Source: Mustelus asterias (Eukaryota). From it: 64,000 bases of DNA. Made by a program: the position numbers and the translations under genes. This document shows positions 22,960 through 37,188 of this stretch, piece after piece. Under the pieces are notes generated by a model. It did no database searches. It was not told the DNA's origin and saw only the letters and a program-made list of their open reading frames with translations. The stretch covers positions 186,001 to 250,000 of the forward strand of contig NW_027590190.1 of assembly GCF_964213995.1 (NCBI RefSeq), given 5' to 3'. Each line of letters begins with the position of its first letter. Within the stretch, counting starts at the first letter, position 1.

Positions 22960-23625
22960 TATACATCAGCAACTCAACCAGCATTTTGGCAGAATCTCCC
23001 AAACCCACAATCTTTCCCACCTGGAAGTACCAGAGCAGCTGGGACATGGGAAAACTACACAACTCCCTGACTTGGACAAATATCACTATCCCTTCAATGT
23101 GACTGGGTTAAAATCCTAATACTGTTGCATTGTGGGAGCACCTTTACTATATGGACTGCAGAGGTTTAAGAAAAAGGCCAACTATCACCATCACAAAGGA
23201 TAACTGGTGATTGGTAACATATCACTGTCAGTGCAGGATAGTAATTCAGGACAGATACCTGAGCCTTGTCAGTAACGTCCACATCCTAAGAAGTTTTATT
23301 TTTTTGCAAGTCTATCTGAAACTTGCAATGAAACAAAACCCACGACCACTACAATCTACAAGGACAAGGACAGTGGACAGATGGGAAACCACCATTTGGA
23401 ATTCCCCCTCCAAGCCACTCACCATCTTGATTTGGAAATATGTCGCTTTCCTTCACTGTCATTGGATCAAAATCTTGGAATTCCCTCCCTAACGTCACTG
23501 TGGGTGTACCTACCACATGGATTGCAGCGATTCAAGAAGGCAGCTCACCAACAACTTTTCAAGGGCAATTAGGGATGGGAAATAAGTGCTGGTCTAATCA
23601 ATGACACCCACCTCCATTGAATGAT
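22960..23625 (+). mobile_element. Two tandem 3' ends of the second CR1-like family
   Basis: GGACTGCAG..TTCAAGAAGGCAGCTCACC..AAGGGCAATTAGGGATGGG-type tails. Confidence 0.6.
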
Positions 23626-24009
23626 TTTGAGAAGTGACCTGGAATATCCATGAGAATACAATCCTGACAATTACTCAGTGAAATACTTCACTCAGTCACA
23701 CCATTTTCTGAGTTTACATTTGACTGGAGCTCTTGGATTCCGCTGTAATTGCTGCTGCTTGTGGAAGACTTTGGGACATTTACAATTCTCCACCTATTAC
23801 CACTCCCTTTCTTTCTGATGGATAATGAAAGATCTATGCATAGATTTCAGTATAACTTGGTTCCTCTTTTAATTAATTTATCGAACCCGCCCCCGTCCCC
23901 CAATCTACACACAATAGTAAAAACATCACGAGCTACTAATAATGACTTTCAATGGCAGAGCCCTGACCCAGCATTCCCCGCGGTGCTGAATGTCCCCTAT
24001 TCACACCAG

Positions 24010-24345
24010 AGGCAGGCACCGCACAGGCGCATTAACCCCTCATATTGGAGCGTGCGCACTGTCAGTAATGGCGATGGGGTTGGGCTGTTTTTGCCTCTTT
24101 GCAGGGGGGAAGAAAGAGAAAACTCTGATGGAGCGGGTTCTGGATAGGGAGAGTTTCTAAACAATTGGTGAGTGCCTCAAACCGCGATTGAGACTCTGCC
24201 GCTCCCGTGTTTGCAGCTCTGGGTCTTTTCCCCTCCGAGGCCCAAGTCCAGGCTGACGGCCGCCATCTTGGTTCAACGAGGAGCGCATGCGGCTGGTTAT
24301 TCTTGACGCAACAGTATGGGGGCGGGGCTAAGGTTATTCTCTTCA
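24010..24345. promoter_or_regulatory. Bidirectional CpG promoter between the divergent ZNF loci at 22.5 kb (-) and 25 kb (+)
   Basis: ATTGGAGCGTGCGCA, YY1-like GGCCGCCATCTTG, GCGCATGCG, TGACGCAA, GGGGCGGGG. Confidence 0.7.
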
Positions 24346-24974
24346 CACCGGGTCCTAGTGTCCGATACAGCCACCAGAATTTGAGTTTTTTCAACATTTT
24401 CACCCACTCTCAAGCTGCAGCTGATGTTTTGCAGCCGCGAGGAATCCATGAACCATGTTTATATTCAGTGTGAGAGGTTGCAGACCTTGAAGGAGCTGCC
24501 TCTCCCCTTTTAATTACACTTCTTTTCTGCCCCACACTCCTATTCGTTGGCTGCCCAGTGTGGAGCAGGCTAGGGAGGTCAGAGGATCTTTTCCTGGACC
24601 TGCTCTTGGGGCTGGTTAAAACAGTAATTTGTAGATCAGCAGGAGGTAACTTGGCTGTCGGCTGCTCTTCCGTGGTCTTGTCCATGCTCGAATGGTCCTG
24701 GAGAGGGAGTGTGCGGTGTTGACTGGAACACTCGATACCTTCCACAACTCAGGGTACAGAGTGTCTCATAGACACTGGAAACAAATTTCTGGTTTAGTTG
24801 AGATGGAAGTTTGATTGGACCACAAGATTGGAGAAACAAGAGAGAAAAGAATGTTCTGTGGAAACTAGAAATGCTTGTTCTGAATTTCTATCCTGTACTG
24901 ACAGTGATACTGACTCTGCCAATGGAGTTGAGGATTATATCAGATCAACCATGATCTCATTGAATGGTGGAGCA

Positions 24975-26720
24975 TTCCGGGTACACAGGTACACAGACGG
25001 GAAACTGAAAACAAACATCACATCAAAATCTGAAAAAGTCACTCCATTCATCACAACATGAATATCATCGACCTTTAAATGTGAAAGATTTCAAACATCA
25101 GTGTGACTGGAAAAGCACAGAACAAACATACACCCAAGTTCCAGTGAGCTGACTGTGGAAACAGCTTTAACCAGTTACACAGCCTGAAAAAAACATCACA
25201 CTATTCACAGCAGCGAGCCAAAGGATGGGAAGACCTAGGATCAGAGTTAGGCCATTGGGCCCATCGAGTCTGCTCCACCATTCAATGAGATCATGGTTGA
25301 TCTGATATAATCCTCAACCCCACTTTCCTGCCTTATCCCCATGACCCTTGATTCCCTTACTGAGAAAGAATACACAAGTTCTTTGTGTGGGCAAGGCTTG
25401 AACAGATCATTTAACCAAGAGAGACACAAGGATACTGGCACCATGGAGAAACCATGGAACAAAGAACAAAGAAAACTACAGCACAGGAACAGGCCCTTCG
25501 GCCCTCCAAGCCTGCACCGACCATGCTGCCCAACTAAACTAAAATCCCCTACCCTTCCGGGGACCATATCCCTCTATTCCCATCCTATTCATGTATTTGT
25601 CCAGACGCCCCTTAAAACTCACTATCTTATCTGCTTCCACTACCTCCCCCGGCATCGAGTTCCAGGCACCCACCACCCTGTGTGTAAAAAAACTTGAAAA
25701 TGTGGTGACTGTGGGAAGGGATTCAATTATCCATCTCTGCTGGAAATGCATCGCCGCAGTCACATTGGGGAGAGACCATTCACCTGCTCTGTGTGCAGGA
25801 AGGGATTCATTCAATCATCCCATCTGCTGACCCACCAGCAAGTTCACATTGAAGAGAGGCTTTGACAGTGATAACAATTCTAAAAGCTCTGAGGATCTGT
25901 CAAGCACCAGATCATTCACATTGTGAGACAGTTCAGTTGCTCGCATTGTGGGAAGCTATTTAAACAATCACAGAACCTCACTGAACACGAACACACTCAC
26001 ACTGGGGAGAGGCCATTCACCTGCTCTGTGTGAGGGAACGGATTCACATGATCATCCCACCTCACTACACACCGACTGGTTCACATTGATAACAGACCTT
26101 TCAAATGTACGGAATTTGAGAAGCGTTATAAAACCACAAGTGATCTGCTGATACACCAGCGAGTTCACAATGAGGAGAGGCCATTCAGATGTACAGTGTG
26201 TGGGAAGGAATTCACTCTGTTATCCAGCCTCCAGAAACACCGCGAGTTCACATTGGGGAGAGGTCATTCACCTATTCCTTGTGTGGAAAAGGATTCATTT
26301 ATTTAACCAGCCTCAGATCACACCAACTCGTTCACTTGGATAAGAAACCTTTCAAATGTTCTGAATGTGGGAAGAGCTTTAAGACCTCCAGTATTCTGCT
26401 GAGACACTAGCAAGTTCGCAGGGAGAGACTGTTCACCTGCTCCGACTGTGGAAAGGGATTCACTCGCTCATCCAACCTGCGAACACACCAGCACATTCAC
26501 ACCAGGGAGAAACCGTTCACTTGCTCTGAGTGCGGGAAGGGATTTTCTCACTCATCCCACCTGCTGAGACACCAACACACTCACAATGTAGAGAGACCGT
26601 TCACCTTCTCTGAGTGTGAGATGGGATTCTCTCAGTCAACCCACCATCTTACCCACCAGAAAGTTGACAAGTGTCTGCAGGGGTGGATTCTGCTGTTATT
26701 GCTGCTGGTGATGACATCCA
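24975..26720 (+). pseudogene. C2H2 zinc-finger pseudogene (~11 decayed fingers)
   Basis: MEKPW start at ~25443 interrupted by an antisense CR1 tail (25458-25695); many frameshifts and stops. Confidence 0.9.
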
Positions 26721-27504
26721 GGACTGAACCATGTTCATTCATCGCTATAACTGGGCTGGAGATTAATATTCTGGATAAATGTCAGATGAACTAATATTGT
26801 TTCAGACACAATGCGGGGACCTTCATTTGTTCAGGATAAGAACAGATTAATCAATGTCTTGTTACCAATTGCTGCTTTTTTGTGGCCTTTGTCTTTTCTA
26901 ACTCTCAATTATTTCAGTTCTCATACCTTCAGTTACTCTCATGGACAAGTTCCAGCTCCCATCCCTTCCAGAGTGTCTTTCCTGGTCTCGGAATCCAAGG
27001 AACATATCAATAACATATCTGTGATCACCAAAGACAAAACAGTTAAATGCACTGATCCGCTTCTTTCCCCAGTCACTGAGGATGGGGATATCTGTGGAGC
27101 TTTCTCTCTCTGTGATTTGTTTAATTGTCCCCCACCATTCACGGGTAGATGTGGGGGGACTGCAGCTCTGATCTGATCCGTTGTTTGTGGATTGTTTGGT
27201 CCTGCCTAGAACATGCTGCTTCTGTTGTTTAGTGTGCTTATAGTAAAGTGTTACCAGTCACCAGATTGGAATCTCAGCTATAGGGTGCCTGGTGCTGCTC
27301 CTGACATGTCCTCCTACACTCCATGTTGAACCAGAATGGTCCCTTGGCTTGATGGTGATGGTAGAGTGAGGGATGTGCCGGGCCATGAGTTTACAAATAG
27401 TGGTTGAATATTGTGATGCTGATGACCCACAGCACCTCATGGATGTGCAGTTTTGATCTATGTCTATTCTGAATCTATCCCGTGCCACACGAGATGATGG
27501 AGGG

Positions 27505-28390
27505 TTCAGATCACAAGGATTAGGAGCAGGTGTCGGCCATTTGGCCCCTCAAACTTGCTCCACAATTCAATAAGAATCATGGCTGATCTGACTGTGGCCT
27601 TCACTCCACTTTCCTGCTGCTCCATAATCCTTGACTCCTTGTTAATACTCTGTCTAACTCAGCCTTGAATATGTTCAATGACCCACAGCCTCCATTGCTC
27701 TCTGGGGACGAAAATTCCACAGCCTAATGACCCTCAGAGAAGAAATTTCCCTGATATCTGCCTGAAATGGGAGAGCCTTATCTTTAAAGTGTGACTCCTG
27801 CTTCGAGATTCCTCACAAAAACAAAACATTCTCTCGGCATCCACCCTGACAAGATCCCTCAGAATCTCATGTTTCAGTCAGGTCACCTCTCATTCTTCTA
27901 AATTCCATTGAGTATAGACCCAACTTGCTCAACTTTCCCCAGAAGACAAACTCCTTCATCCAAGCAATCAGTCTAGTGAATCTCCCCTGAACTGTCTCCA
28001 ATGCACCTGTATCACTGTTCAAGCAAGGAGACCAAATCTGTACACAGTACTCTTGGTGCAGTTTCACCAATTCTTTGTATAGTTGTAGCAAGACTTTGTT
28101 ACTTTTATATTCCATCTCCCTTACAGAAAACCTTCCTAACAACTTGCTGTTCCTGCTTGTTACTTTTCTGCGATTCTTTTAGAATTTCACCCAGATCCCT
28201 CAGTCCTGCAGCATTCTACACTCTATTTAGATTATATAGTTTTTTCCTATTCTTCCTGCTAAAGTCAATATCCTTATATGTTCCCATATCATACTCTGCT
28301 AAGATTTTTCCCTACTCACTTACCTATTTATATACCTTTGCAGATTCTTTGTATCCTCCTCACAACATGCTTTCCTATCTATCTCCGTGT
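27505..28390 (-). mobile_element. CR1 LINE 3' fragment
   Basis: LLQLYKELVKLHQEYCVQIWSP, EFRRMRGDL. Confidence 0.85.
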
Positions 28391-28724
28391 CAACCTGTTG
28401 CTTGATTGGACTGTGAGACTGTAGGAAAGGTCAGTTTGTAGTTTAGTGATGTGTAATGATCAAATAATTGAATTATATTAATCATTTAACCTGATGTGAT
28501 ATTCTGCTTAATTGTAATCAGTGTAAGATATGAGAATCTTGTGACTGGCTCTTTGTCTGTAGCTGCATCCTTATTTGACAAGTGAAATACATCACATACC
28601 CTTGGATAATTATAGAGCAAGTGCTGTGAAACCCATCAAGTCTTGGTGAGGTAAGGTCTGGAGCCATTAGCTTCCCAGCCATTGACAACTGACAGTTATA
28701 TTTGAGTTAGAGGCCCTGTTACAT

Positions 28725-29110
28725 TGAAACATACATAGAAACTAGAAGCAGGAGTAGGCCATTCAGCCCTTCGAGCCTGCTCCGCCATTTATTATGATCA
28801 TGGCTGATCATCAAATTCAATATCCCGGTCCCCCCCGCCAAATATCCCTTTAGGCCCAAGAGCTATATCTAATTCCTTCTTCAAATCACAAAACATTTTA
28901 GCCTCAATTATTTTCTGTGGTAGTGAATTCTACAGATGCACCACCCTCTGGGTGAAGAAATTTCTCAACTCAGTCCTAAAAGGTTTACCCCTTATCCTCA
29001 AACTATGACCCCTAATTCTGGACCCCCCCCCCAACCATTGGGAACATTCTTTCTGAATCTACCCTGTTTAACCCTGTTAGATTTTTATAAGTTTCTATGA
29101 GATCCCCTGT
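28725..29110 (-). mobile_element. CR1 3' tail
   Basis: AGAAGCAGGAGTAGGCCATTCAGCCCTTCGAGCCTGCTCC on the + strand. Confidence 0.8.
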
Positions 29111-29689
29111 CAATAAACCATCACACCTGCAATACTTTGTTTTAAATTTATATCATTTAGAGACTGCTGAAATAAAGATGAACAATAAACAGATCACAGT
29201 GCATTCCTGCAGCTCTACATTGACAGGAGAAAGTCTGTTCTGTAACTCCAGGATGAGGCAGTGTAAGCTCTGAATGTTGGTAATCACAGGCAGGCTTGAG
29301 CTGTTTGATAGATGAGTTGTTCATAGCTGTTAACTTGCAGATATTGAAGGAATTACTCTGAAAGTAAACTCGATAATTTATAAGCTCAGACTCTGCTCCT
29401 TGCTGTAATGAATACTCAGCATCCATTAGTGCTAATTTACAGTGAATCACTGAGTATCCTGGGATCTTTGTTACTTGTTTTGTGAAATATCTCTCCCCAT
29501 TAGTGTTGAACTGCTGGATAACTCTGATTGCATTTAGACATGTCTGGAAAGAGACAATTTGCCCAGATTTAACTGCAATTTGTAACCAATAAACAATGTT
29601 TATATTCTGACTTGTAGACTGGTGATTTGTGAAGAAAGATTTAATTCACTCACTCAGCAGTTTGAGGGAAATCAGACTGAGGTTTAATG

Positions 29690-30085
29690 TAATAAGAAAT
29701 AGGAGCAGGAAGAGGCCATTCAGCCCTTTGAGTTTGTTCAGCTATTCACTGAGATCAAGGTTGATAATCTACCTCAACCCCACCTCCCCGCACTGTCCCC
29801 ATATCGCTTAACTTCTCTTTATACCCAAATATTTATCAATCTTTGTCTTAATTATACCCAATGCCGAGCATCCACTGCTCCCTGGGGTAGAGAATTCTAG
29901 ACATTCACAACTGAGTGAAGAATTTTCTCCTCAATTCAATCTAAATGATTGACCCCTTATTCTGAGACTGTGACCCAGTGTTCCAGGTTCCGCAGTCAGG
30001 GGAAACATTTTCACACCATCGAACCTCTCAGGCCCATGAAGAATCATATACTCTGATCAGATCACCTCTCATTTTTCTCACCACC
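29690..30085 (-). mobile_element. CR1 3' tail
   Basis: TAGGAGCAGGAAGAGGCCATTCAGCCC..GATCACCTCTCATT. Confidence 0.75.
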
Positions 30086-30116
30086 ATTAATTTGATCCGA
30101 GTCTGATTTTATCGGT

Positions 30117-30280
30117 AAAAGCAAAATACTGCGGATGCTGGAATCTGAAACAAAAATAGAAAATGCTGGAAAATCTCAGCAGGTCTGACAGCATCTGTGG
30201 GGAGAGAATAGAGCCAACATGTCGAGTCTGGATGACTGTCTGTCAGAGCTGACGAAGGGTCATCCAGACTTGAAACGTTT
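30117..30280 (-). mobile_element. Penelope-like P2 end, fold-back, canonical hammerhead core
   Basis: TAAAAGCAAAATACTGCGGATGCTGG start; CTGACGAAGGGTCATCCAGACTTGAAACGTT at 30249-30279. Confidence 0.75.
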
Positions 30281-31917
30281 TTTTGTTTTTGATTTTATAA
30301 GTACCCTGTTACCAAGTCCCAAACAATAAGATTTCTAATATTTCACCTACAACTGATGTGAACTGGTCTAAATTCCCCATTTTCTCTCCTACTTTCTGGA
30401 CTAGTGAGGTTAATGTTTGCTGACTTCTGATCCTTGGGAACTGTTCGAGAGTTTAAGGAATTCTGGAAGATCAAACTAATGCATCCACTATTTCTGAAGC
30501 TCCCTCTTTTAAATCCCCAAGATGCAGGTTGTCTGGTCCGGGGAATTTGTCACCATTTAGTCCCATTAATTTCTCCAGTCTCTATTTCTATAAGACCCTC
30601 ATTCTTATTGGACAAGGGACTGTGTCACCGGTCTCCAAAGCCACCACAGCTTTGGACTTGTGCAGCTCCCACCATTGATCGATCAAACCCATTTTGATGG
30701 GAATTAAATGGCTAGTTTCATTTTTTAAAACTTTTATTCACATTGCACTTGTCAGAAAGGATCATTTAATTAACAACTTTTCTGTAAAGTTCCATAAAAT
30801 GAGGTTGGAACATGTCTGTCTAGTTTTTCATTATTATTGACATTTGATGAACAGCATTACAACTCGAACGATATTGTATTGGTGACTAATGTTTAAAAAT
30901 GGCTCTTCCTTGTATTAAAGTTCCCGCCCCCTTGCACTAACCCCTTGGTTCCCCATTATTAGAATTTCTCTTTTGTCTTCTACCATGAAGACAGATAGAT
31001 ACAAAGTATTTGTTGCATTTCTCTGCCATTTCCTTGTTCCCCATTATATTTTGACTTTTATCTGCCTCTCATAGAGAATGTTTACTTTCACTCACTTCTT
31101 CCTATCCACATACCTACAGAAACATTTAAAAATCTACTTTCTAAACTCTTACTGGTCTGCACCCAAAGAGGGAATTGAGCTCAGAAGCGATTTTAAAACA
31201 GTTTATTGAGAAGTAACAGTTAAAACAAGATGTGTGAGTTAAATAGATAGGAAAAGCACCTGACCTGTGACAGGTGAGAGAGATTTACAGATCCCAGAGG
31301 ACAAGCAGACGGATGAAGCCAAGTGAATGTTGATGTCCATAACTGGTGCCTATGGAAGGTTCACTTCAATGAGCCTGATTGTGGGTGTTGGGGAGAAGCC
31401 AGTCAATTTGAAATCTCCTTGCTCTTGAGGGCCTGTTTTAACCTTTACATGTAGTTAGTTACCATAAGAGCCAATGGTATCAGGATTAAAAATGTCTTGC
31501 TTCAGGGCCTGTGCGAGAGACAGGTCCTTGGCAGGGAGAAAGGCTTGTCCTGTGTTTGTCAGCCAGCAAGCTTTCTTCAGAAGACAAAGGGAAGGCTCTT
31601 TCTATAATATTCCATCAGTATCCAAAGATTTTATAAGGCTATTAGATGGTGATTTCTTACAATCTGTTACTTGGATTTGACTTTTCTCCATTCCTGAGCT
31701 GAGGGAATTTTTGTTCCAGACGGGATGGGTGACATTTGGAGACTCTCGATTCTCCACCAATTCCCATTCCCCTTCTTTCTGGGGGATAATGGAGGTGTCA
31801 CTGTGTGTAGGTCAGTAAGAATTCTCAGCAAGGATTAATCAGCACTTTCAAATTGGAGATGTTCATCAGTGCAACCTCTCAGACACTGAATTGTAGAATT
31901 CCGGCCAAAGATCAATA

Positions 31918-32218
31918 GGGTGGCACGGTGGTTCGCACTGCTGCCTCACAGCGCCAGGACCCCGGTTCGATTCCTGATTTAGGTCACTATCTGTGCGGAC
32001 TCTGCACGTTCTCCCCGTGTCTGCATGGGTTTCCTCCAGGTGCTCTGGTTTCCTCACAGTTCGAAAGATGTGCTGGTTAGGTGCATTGGCCATGCTGAAT
32101 TCTCCCTCAGTGTACCCAAACAGGCGACTAGTGTGGCGACTGGGGGATTTTCACAGTAACTTCATTGCAGTGTTAATGTAAGCCTACTTGTGACACTAAT
32201 AAATAAACTTAACTTAAA
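31918..32218 (+). mobile_element. Full-length V-SINE with alternative tail
   Basis: GGCACGGTGGTTCGCACTG head, GGTTCGATTCC B-box, tail ..CTTGTGACACTAATAAATAAACTTAACTT. Confidence 0.9.
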
Positions 32219-32438
32219 CAATTTGAGATTGAAGTAAAAGTTCCGAATCTTGTTGTAAACTAATTTCAGATGGACCGCGGTAACTGCAGCCCCAGGAACA
32301 CAATCACCTCTAGATCCAGAATATTAAACTCCAGCCCAGTTACCGGCTGTATTAACATCAGCAGAAACAAACTCCAGCTGTCAGAATGAAAGGGCCCGGT
32401 TGTCATTAACAGCAGCCATAACAGCAGAATCCAATCCC

Positions 32439-33139
<701 letters not shown>

Positions 33140-33949
33140 GTTGATGATCAGTTGAAGCCTCGTCCACACACACAACACGTGTACAGTTTCTCCTCACTGT
33201 GAATGGTGATGTATTTTCAGGCTGTGTTAAAGCTCTTTCCACAGTCAGTTCACTGGAACACTCTCACTCGGGTGTGTGTGTGTCTCGGTGCTTTTCCAGT
33301 CACACTGCTGTTTGAAATCTTTTCCCATAGACAAAACAAACACACATTTCTCCTTCCACTTTCCAAGTACGATGATATCCAGGTCCTAATGAATCAAGTG
33401 ATTCTGTCAGATCTTGATGTGATGTCTGGTTTGAGATTCCCGACTGCAATCCTCAACTTCTAATAGCTGTAAAAACCGTCAATAAAAGTCATCACTGACA
33501 GTCCAGGATAGAAATTCTCAACAGACAATTCTAGTTTCTCTGGAATTTTTTCCTCTCGAACCCCCAAAGTTGCAGATCCCCATCCCACACACTCTCCCTC
33601 CTCCCTGAACTGAAATCCAAATAAATTAACAGATAATCATTTCAGTATCCTCTTAAAAAATGTGTACAACTAGAGATAGTATTTTTGATGATTCACTTCA
33701 TTCGTAACACATGAGAAAACATTAATCTGAATCACCCTGATCCGATCAGTCAGAATAGCAGATGTTAACTTTGTGTCCAGAACTGACTGTTTCGAGATTT
33801 GATGAGAAATTGTGAAGGGGGTTTCTCTAAACCTCCCTCTCTAACTAAGTTAAACCTGGTTTCAGTGTCAGGGCCCATTCTGCTTTCTGGTTCTCTTCCT
33901 GCTGACTATTAACCTCAATAAAATATCAAGAATACTGAAGCCACTGTTT

Positions 33950-34640
33950 TTGGTCCCCCTTCCAAGTCTTGTTCCTTTGCAATCCACTCAATCCCTCTTC
34001 CTGGCAAATGTCTGAAATTAAGCCAGTTTGTTCATAACCTCGGTGTCCCATTTGATCCCAAGTTTCTGGGACTGCCTATTTCCACCTCGGTAACATCACA
34101 TGACATCAACGCTACCTCAGTGCATCTGGTGCTCAAAACCCTCATTCAGGCCATTGTTACCTCCAAACTCAACTGTTCCATCGCACTCTTGCAGGTCTCG
34201 CACATTTTACACATGGGAACGTGAAGTCATCCAAAAGTCCGCTACCCGTTTCCTAATTAACAGCAAGTCCTGTTCCCTGATCACCCCTGTCCTCCCTGAC
34301 TTGCCTTGGCTCCCAGTCATGCAACACCTTGATTGTAAAATTCTCATCTTTGTTTTCAAATCGTTCCATGGCTTCAGCCCTCCTGATCTCTGTAATCTTC
34401 CCACAAACATCCGAGATATCAGTGCTGTTCTTGTACATTCCCTACCATAATTGCTCCACCACTGGTGGTTGTGTCTTCAGGTCTTCAGCCCCAGGATCTG
34501 AATTCCCACCCTACACCTCTCTGTCTCTAACTCACTTTCCTCCTTTAAGCCTCTCTTTAAAACTCACCTCTTTGTCCAAGGTTTTGGTCATTTGTCCTAA
34601 TATCTCCTGATGAATCTGGGAATCTCACTTTGTTTTATAA
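33950..34640 (+). mobile_element. L2 LINE 3' fragment
   Basis: ITPVLPDLPWLPVMQHLDCKILIFVFKSFHGFSPPDL. Confidence 0.85.
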
Positions 34641-34647
34641 TGTTCCT

Positions 34648-34905
34648 CAAAGTTTATTTATCAGTCACAAGACTTACATTAACACTGCAATGAAGTTACT
34701 GTGAAATTCCCCAAGTCGTCACACTCCAGCACCTGTTTGGGTCAATGCACCTAAGCAGCACAGCTTTCCGACTGTGGGAGGAAACCATAGTACCCGAAGA
34801 AAACCCACGCACACACGGGGGAGAATGTACAAACTCCACACAGTGACCCAAGCCGGGAATCGAATCCTGGCGCTGTGAGGCAGCAGTGCTAACCACTGTG
34901 CCGCC
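34648..34905 (-). mobile_element. V-SINE with alternative tail
   Basis: Same family as 16240-16510. Confidence 0.85.
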
Positions 34906-35119
34906 TGTGTGAAGTGCACTGGAATGATTTATGATATTATAAATAGAAGTTGTTGTTGGCTATAATTCTGACCTCCTGTTTTACAACAACTCACTGATTT
35001 TACAACAAACTCTATCTCTGATGTTTTGTTTGCTGAGGATTATCCATTTGGTTTTGCCCTTAATAAAGATGGCCGATGTTAACATCTGAGGATTTTGCCT
35101 CACAAATTGAGGAATTAAA

Positions 35120-35417
35120 ATTTAATTATTAGTGTGACAAGTAGGTTTACATTAACACTGCAATGAAGTTACTGTGAAATTCCCCCAGTCACCACACTCC
35201 GGCACCTGTTCGGGTTACACTGAGGGAGAATTTAGCACGGTCAATGCACCCTAACCAGCACATCTTTCAGACTGTGGGAGGAAACCGGACCACCCGGAGG
35301 AAACCCGCGCAGACACGGGGAGAATGTGCAGACTCCACACAGACACTGACCCAGGCTGGGAATTGAACCCGGCTCCCTGGCGCTGTGAAGCAGCAGTGTT
35401 AACCACTGTGTCACCCT
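35120..35417 (-). mobile_element. V-SINE with alternative tail
   Basis: Same family as 31918-32218. Confidence 0.85.
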
Positions 35418-35429
35418 GACCCGAGATCC

Positions 35430-36600
35430 GGCATCTGGCCGACACCGGGTGTTTATGAAGCCTCACCGCCCGGATCCATTTATGTTTCCGGTTTTCTTTC
35501 GGGCTCTGGATCCGCGCCATTTAAAATTCCCATTGAAAACCCGCCGGCTCGAGCTCCTTCCCGCCTGCGGATCCACAAAGTGTTTCCAAATCCTCCCAGC
35601 CACCGCCTAACGCTGACTCCGCTTCTCCGGGACAAACAAGCGCCAAGGACAGCAATGACACTGCGCATGCTCCACATCACAATGACGGCAGCTCCGGACC
35701 AATAGGAAGAGGGGGCGGCGCTGGAGGACCGAGCCGAGCGGCTGGTCCTCCGACCAATTGGAGTGAATGAGGGGCGGGATTGGAGGACCGAGCGTGAGCG
35801 GCTCGTCCTCCAACCAATCAGAATAAATGAGGGGCGGAGCTGGAGGACTGAGCCGGAGCGGCTGATCCTCCAACCAATCGGAGTAAATGACAGGCGGGTC
35901 CAGGCTGGGAGTGGAGCATGCGCAAAGATGATCAGGCGTTGGGGAGCCTGGGAACGGACTGCGCAGGTGTGGTGTGCACAGGAAGAAGTCACAACACCAG
36001 GTGAAAGTCCAACAGGTTTATTTGGAATCAGGAGCTTTCGGAGCGCCGCCCCTTCATCAGGTGACTCACCCAGTCCAACACCGGCATCTCCACATCAGGT
36101 GGTGTGGGTGTGCGCTCTGAGCATGCTCAGTGTCAGTCATGGTGTTGGGGAGGGTTCGGGAGGAGATTGTGAGCACAGGGTGGGAATGGAAACCAAGGCT
36201 GCACTGGAAACAGCACCAACTTCTGGCCTAGGCCGCAGGCCCCGGCTTTATCGCAGGGATAGCGCTGAAACCGGTGGCTGGACATTGAGGAGGATTTGGA
36301 AACACTTTGTGGATCCACAAACCCTTCAGAATCATTGTCAGCTCCCTGGTTTGCAGCTGCGGGGCTTCTCCCTCCCTCCCGGGAACAGGCCCAGGTTAAC
36401 GGCCCCATCCTGGCTCAGCCACTGGAGGATGGTTCACATCAGAGGATGGGGGAGGGGGACAATAAATAAGAGGTTACACTTTGGCCTCAAATCAATGAGG
36501 ACTCTGATCTCTGGGAAGGAAGGAAACCCTGGGAGGTGGGCGGGGAGGATTCACAAACACCAGCTGGAGGCCCCAACACCCCCAATAAGACCCATTGGTT
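35430..36600. promoter_or_regulatory. Bidirectional CpG promoter cassette, copy 2, between ZNF loci at 33 kb (-) and 38 kb (+)
   Basis: CCAAT at 35699, 35754, 35814 and 35874 with GC boxes; NRF1-like TGCGCATGC and GCATGCGCA. Confidence 0.8.
35982..36097 (-). mobile_element. Penelope-like P1 fragment with hammerhead motif inside the promoter region
   Basis: Minus strand GAGTCAC-CTGATGA-A-GGGGC-GGC-GCTCC-GAAA-GCTC-CTGATTC (36025-36067). Confidence 0.75.
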
Positions 36601-36740
36601 TTATTGTCAGTCTGCAGACAGGAGCTGGAGAACTGAACCCAGACAGAGGAGAGGGAGGGAGAAAACTGGGAGTGGAGAAAAGAAAATTGTCTGTTCAGCG
36701 TTTCTATTGTGGATTGACAGCTGCTTTATAGATGCAAGAT

Positions 36741-37060
36741 GGGGCAGCACGGTGGCACAGTGATTAACACTGCTGCCTTACAGCGCCAGGGACCTGGGTT
36801 CAATTCTGCCCTTGGGTGACTGCCTGTGTGGAGTTTGCACATTCTCCCCGTGCCTGCGTGGGTTTCCTCTGGGTGCTCCGGTTTCCTCCCACAGTCCAAA
36901 GATGTGCAGGTTAGGTGGATTGGCCATGCTCAATTGCCCCTTCGTGTCAGAGAGATTAACAAGGTAAATATTACGGGAATGGGTGGGATAGTTGTCGGTG
37001 CAGACTCGATGGGTTGAATGGCCTCCTCCTGTACCTTGAGGATTCTCCGATTCTATGATG
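36741..37060 (+). mobile_element. Full-length V-SINE with CR1 tail
   Basis: GGGCAGCACGGTGGCACAGTG head; GAATGGCCTCCTCCTGTAC..GATTCTATG tail. Confidence 0.9.
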
Positions 37061-37188
37061 GATGTTTGAAAACTGCTTTTACACACGGTTACATGTTGAC
37101 GATTTACACACAGAAAACTCAACCCCAAGAGAAATGTTTGTCTCTCTGTGATTTCTATTCTGCATTGACTGTGATGATTTTTGTAAAC

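Noticed and set aside
35763-36731. 322-aa ORF, and the related 212-aa ORF at 11894-12532
   Set aside because: GC-rich promoter cassette with few stops; non-ATG starts; the frame differs between copies and crosses a transposon insert.
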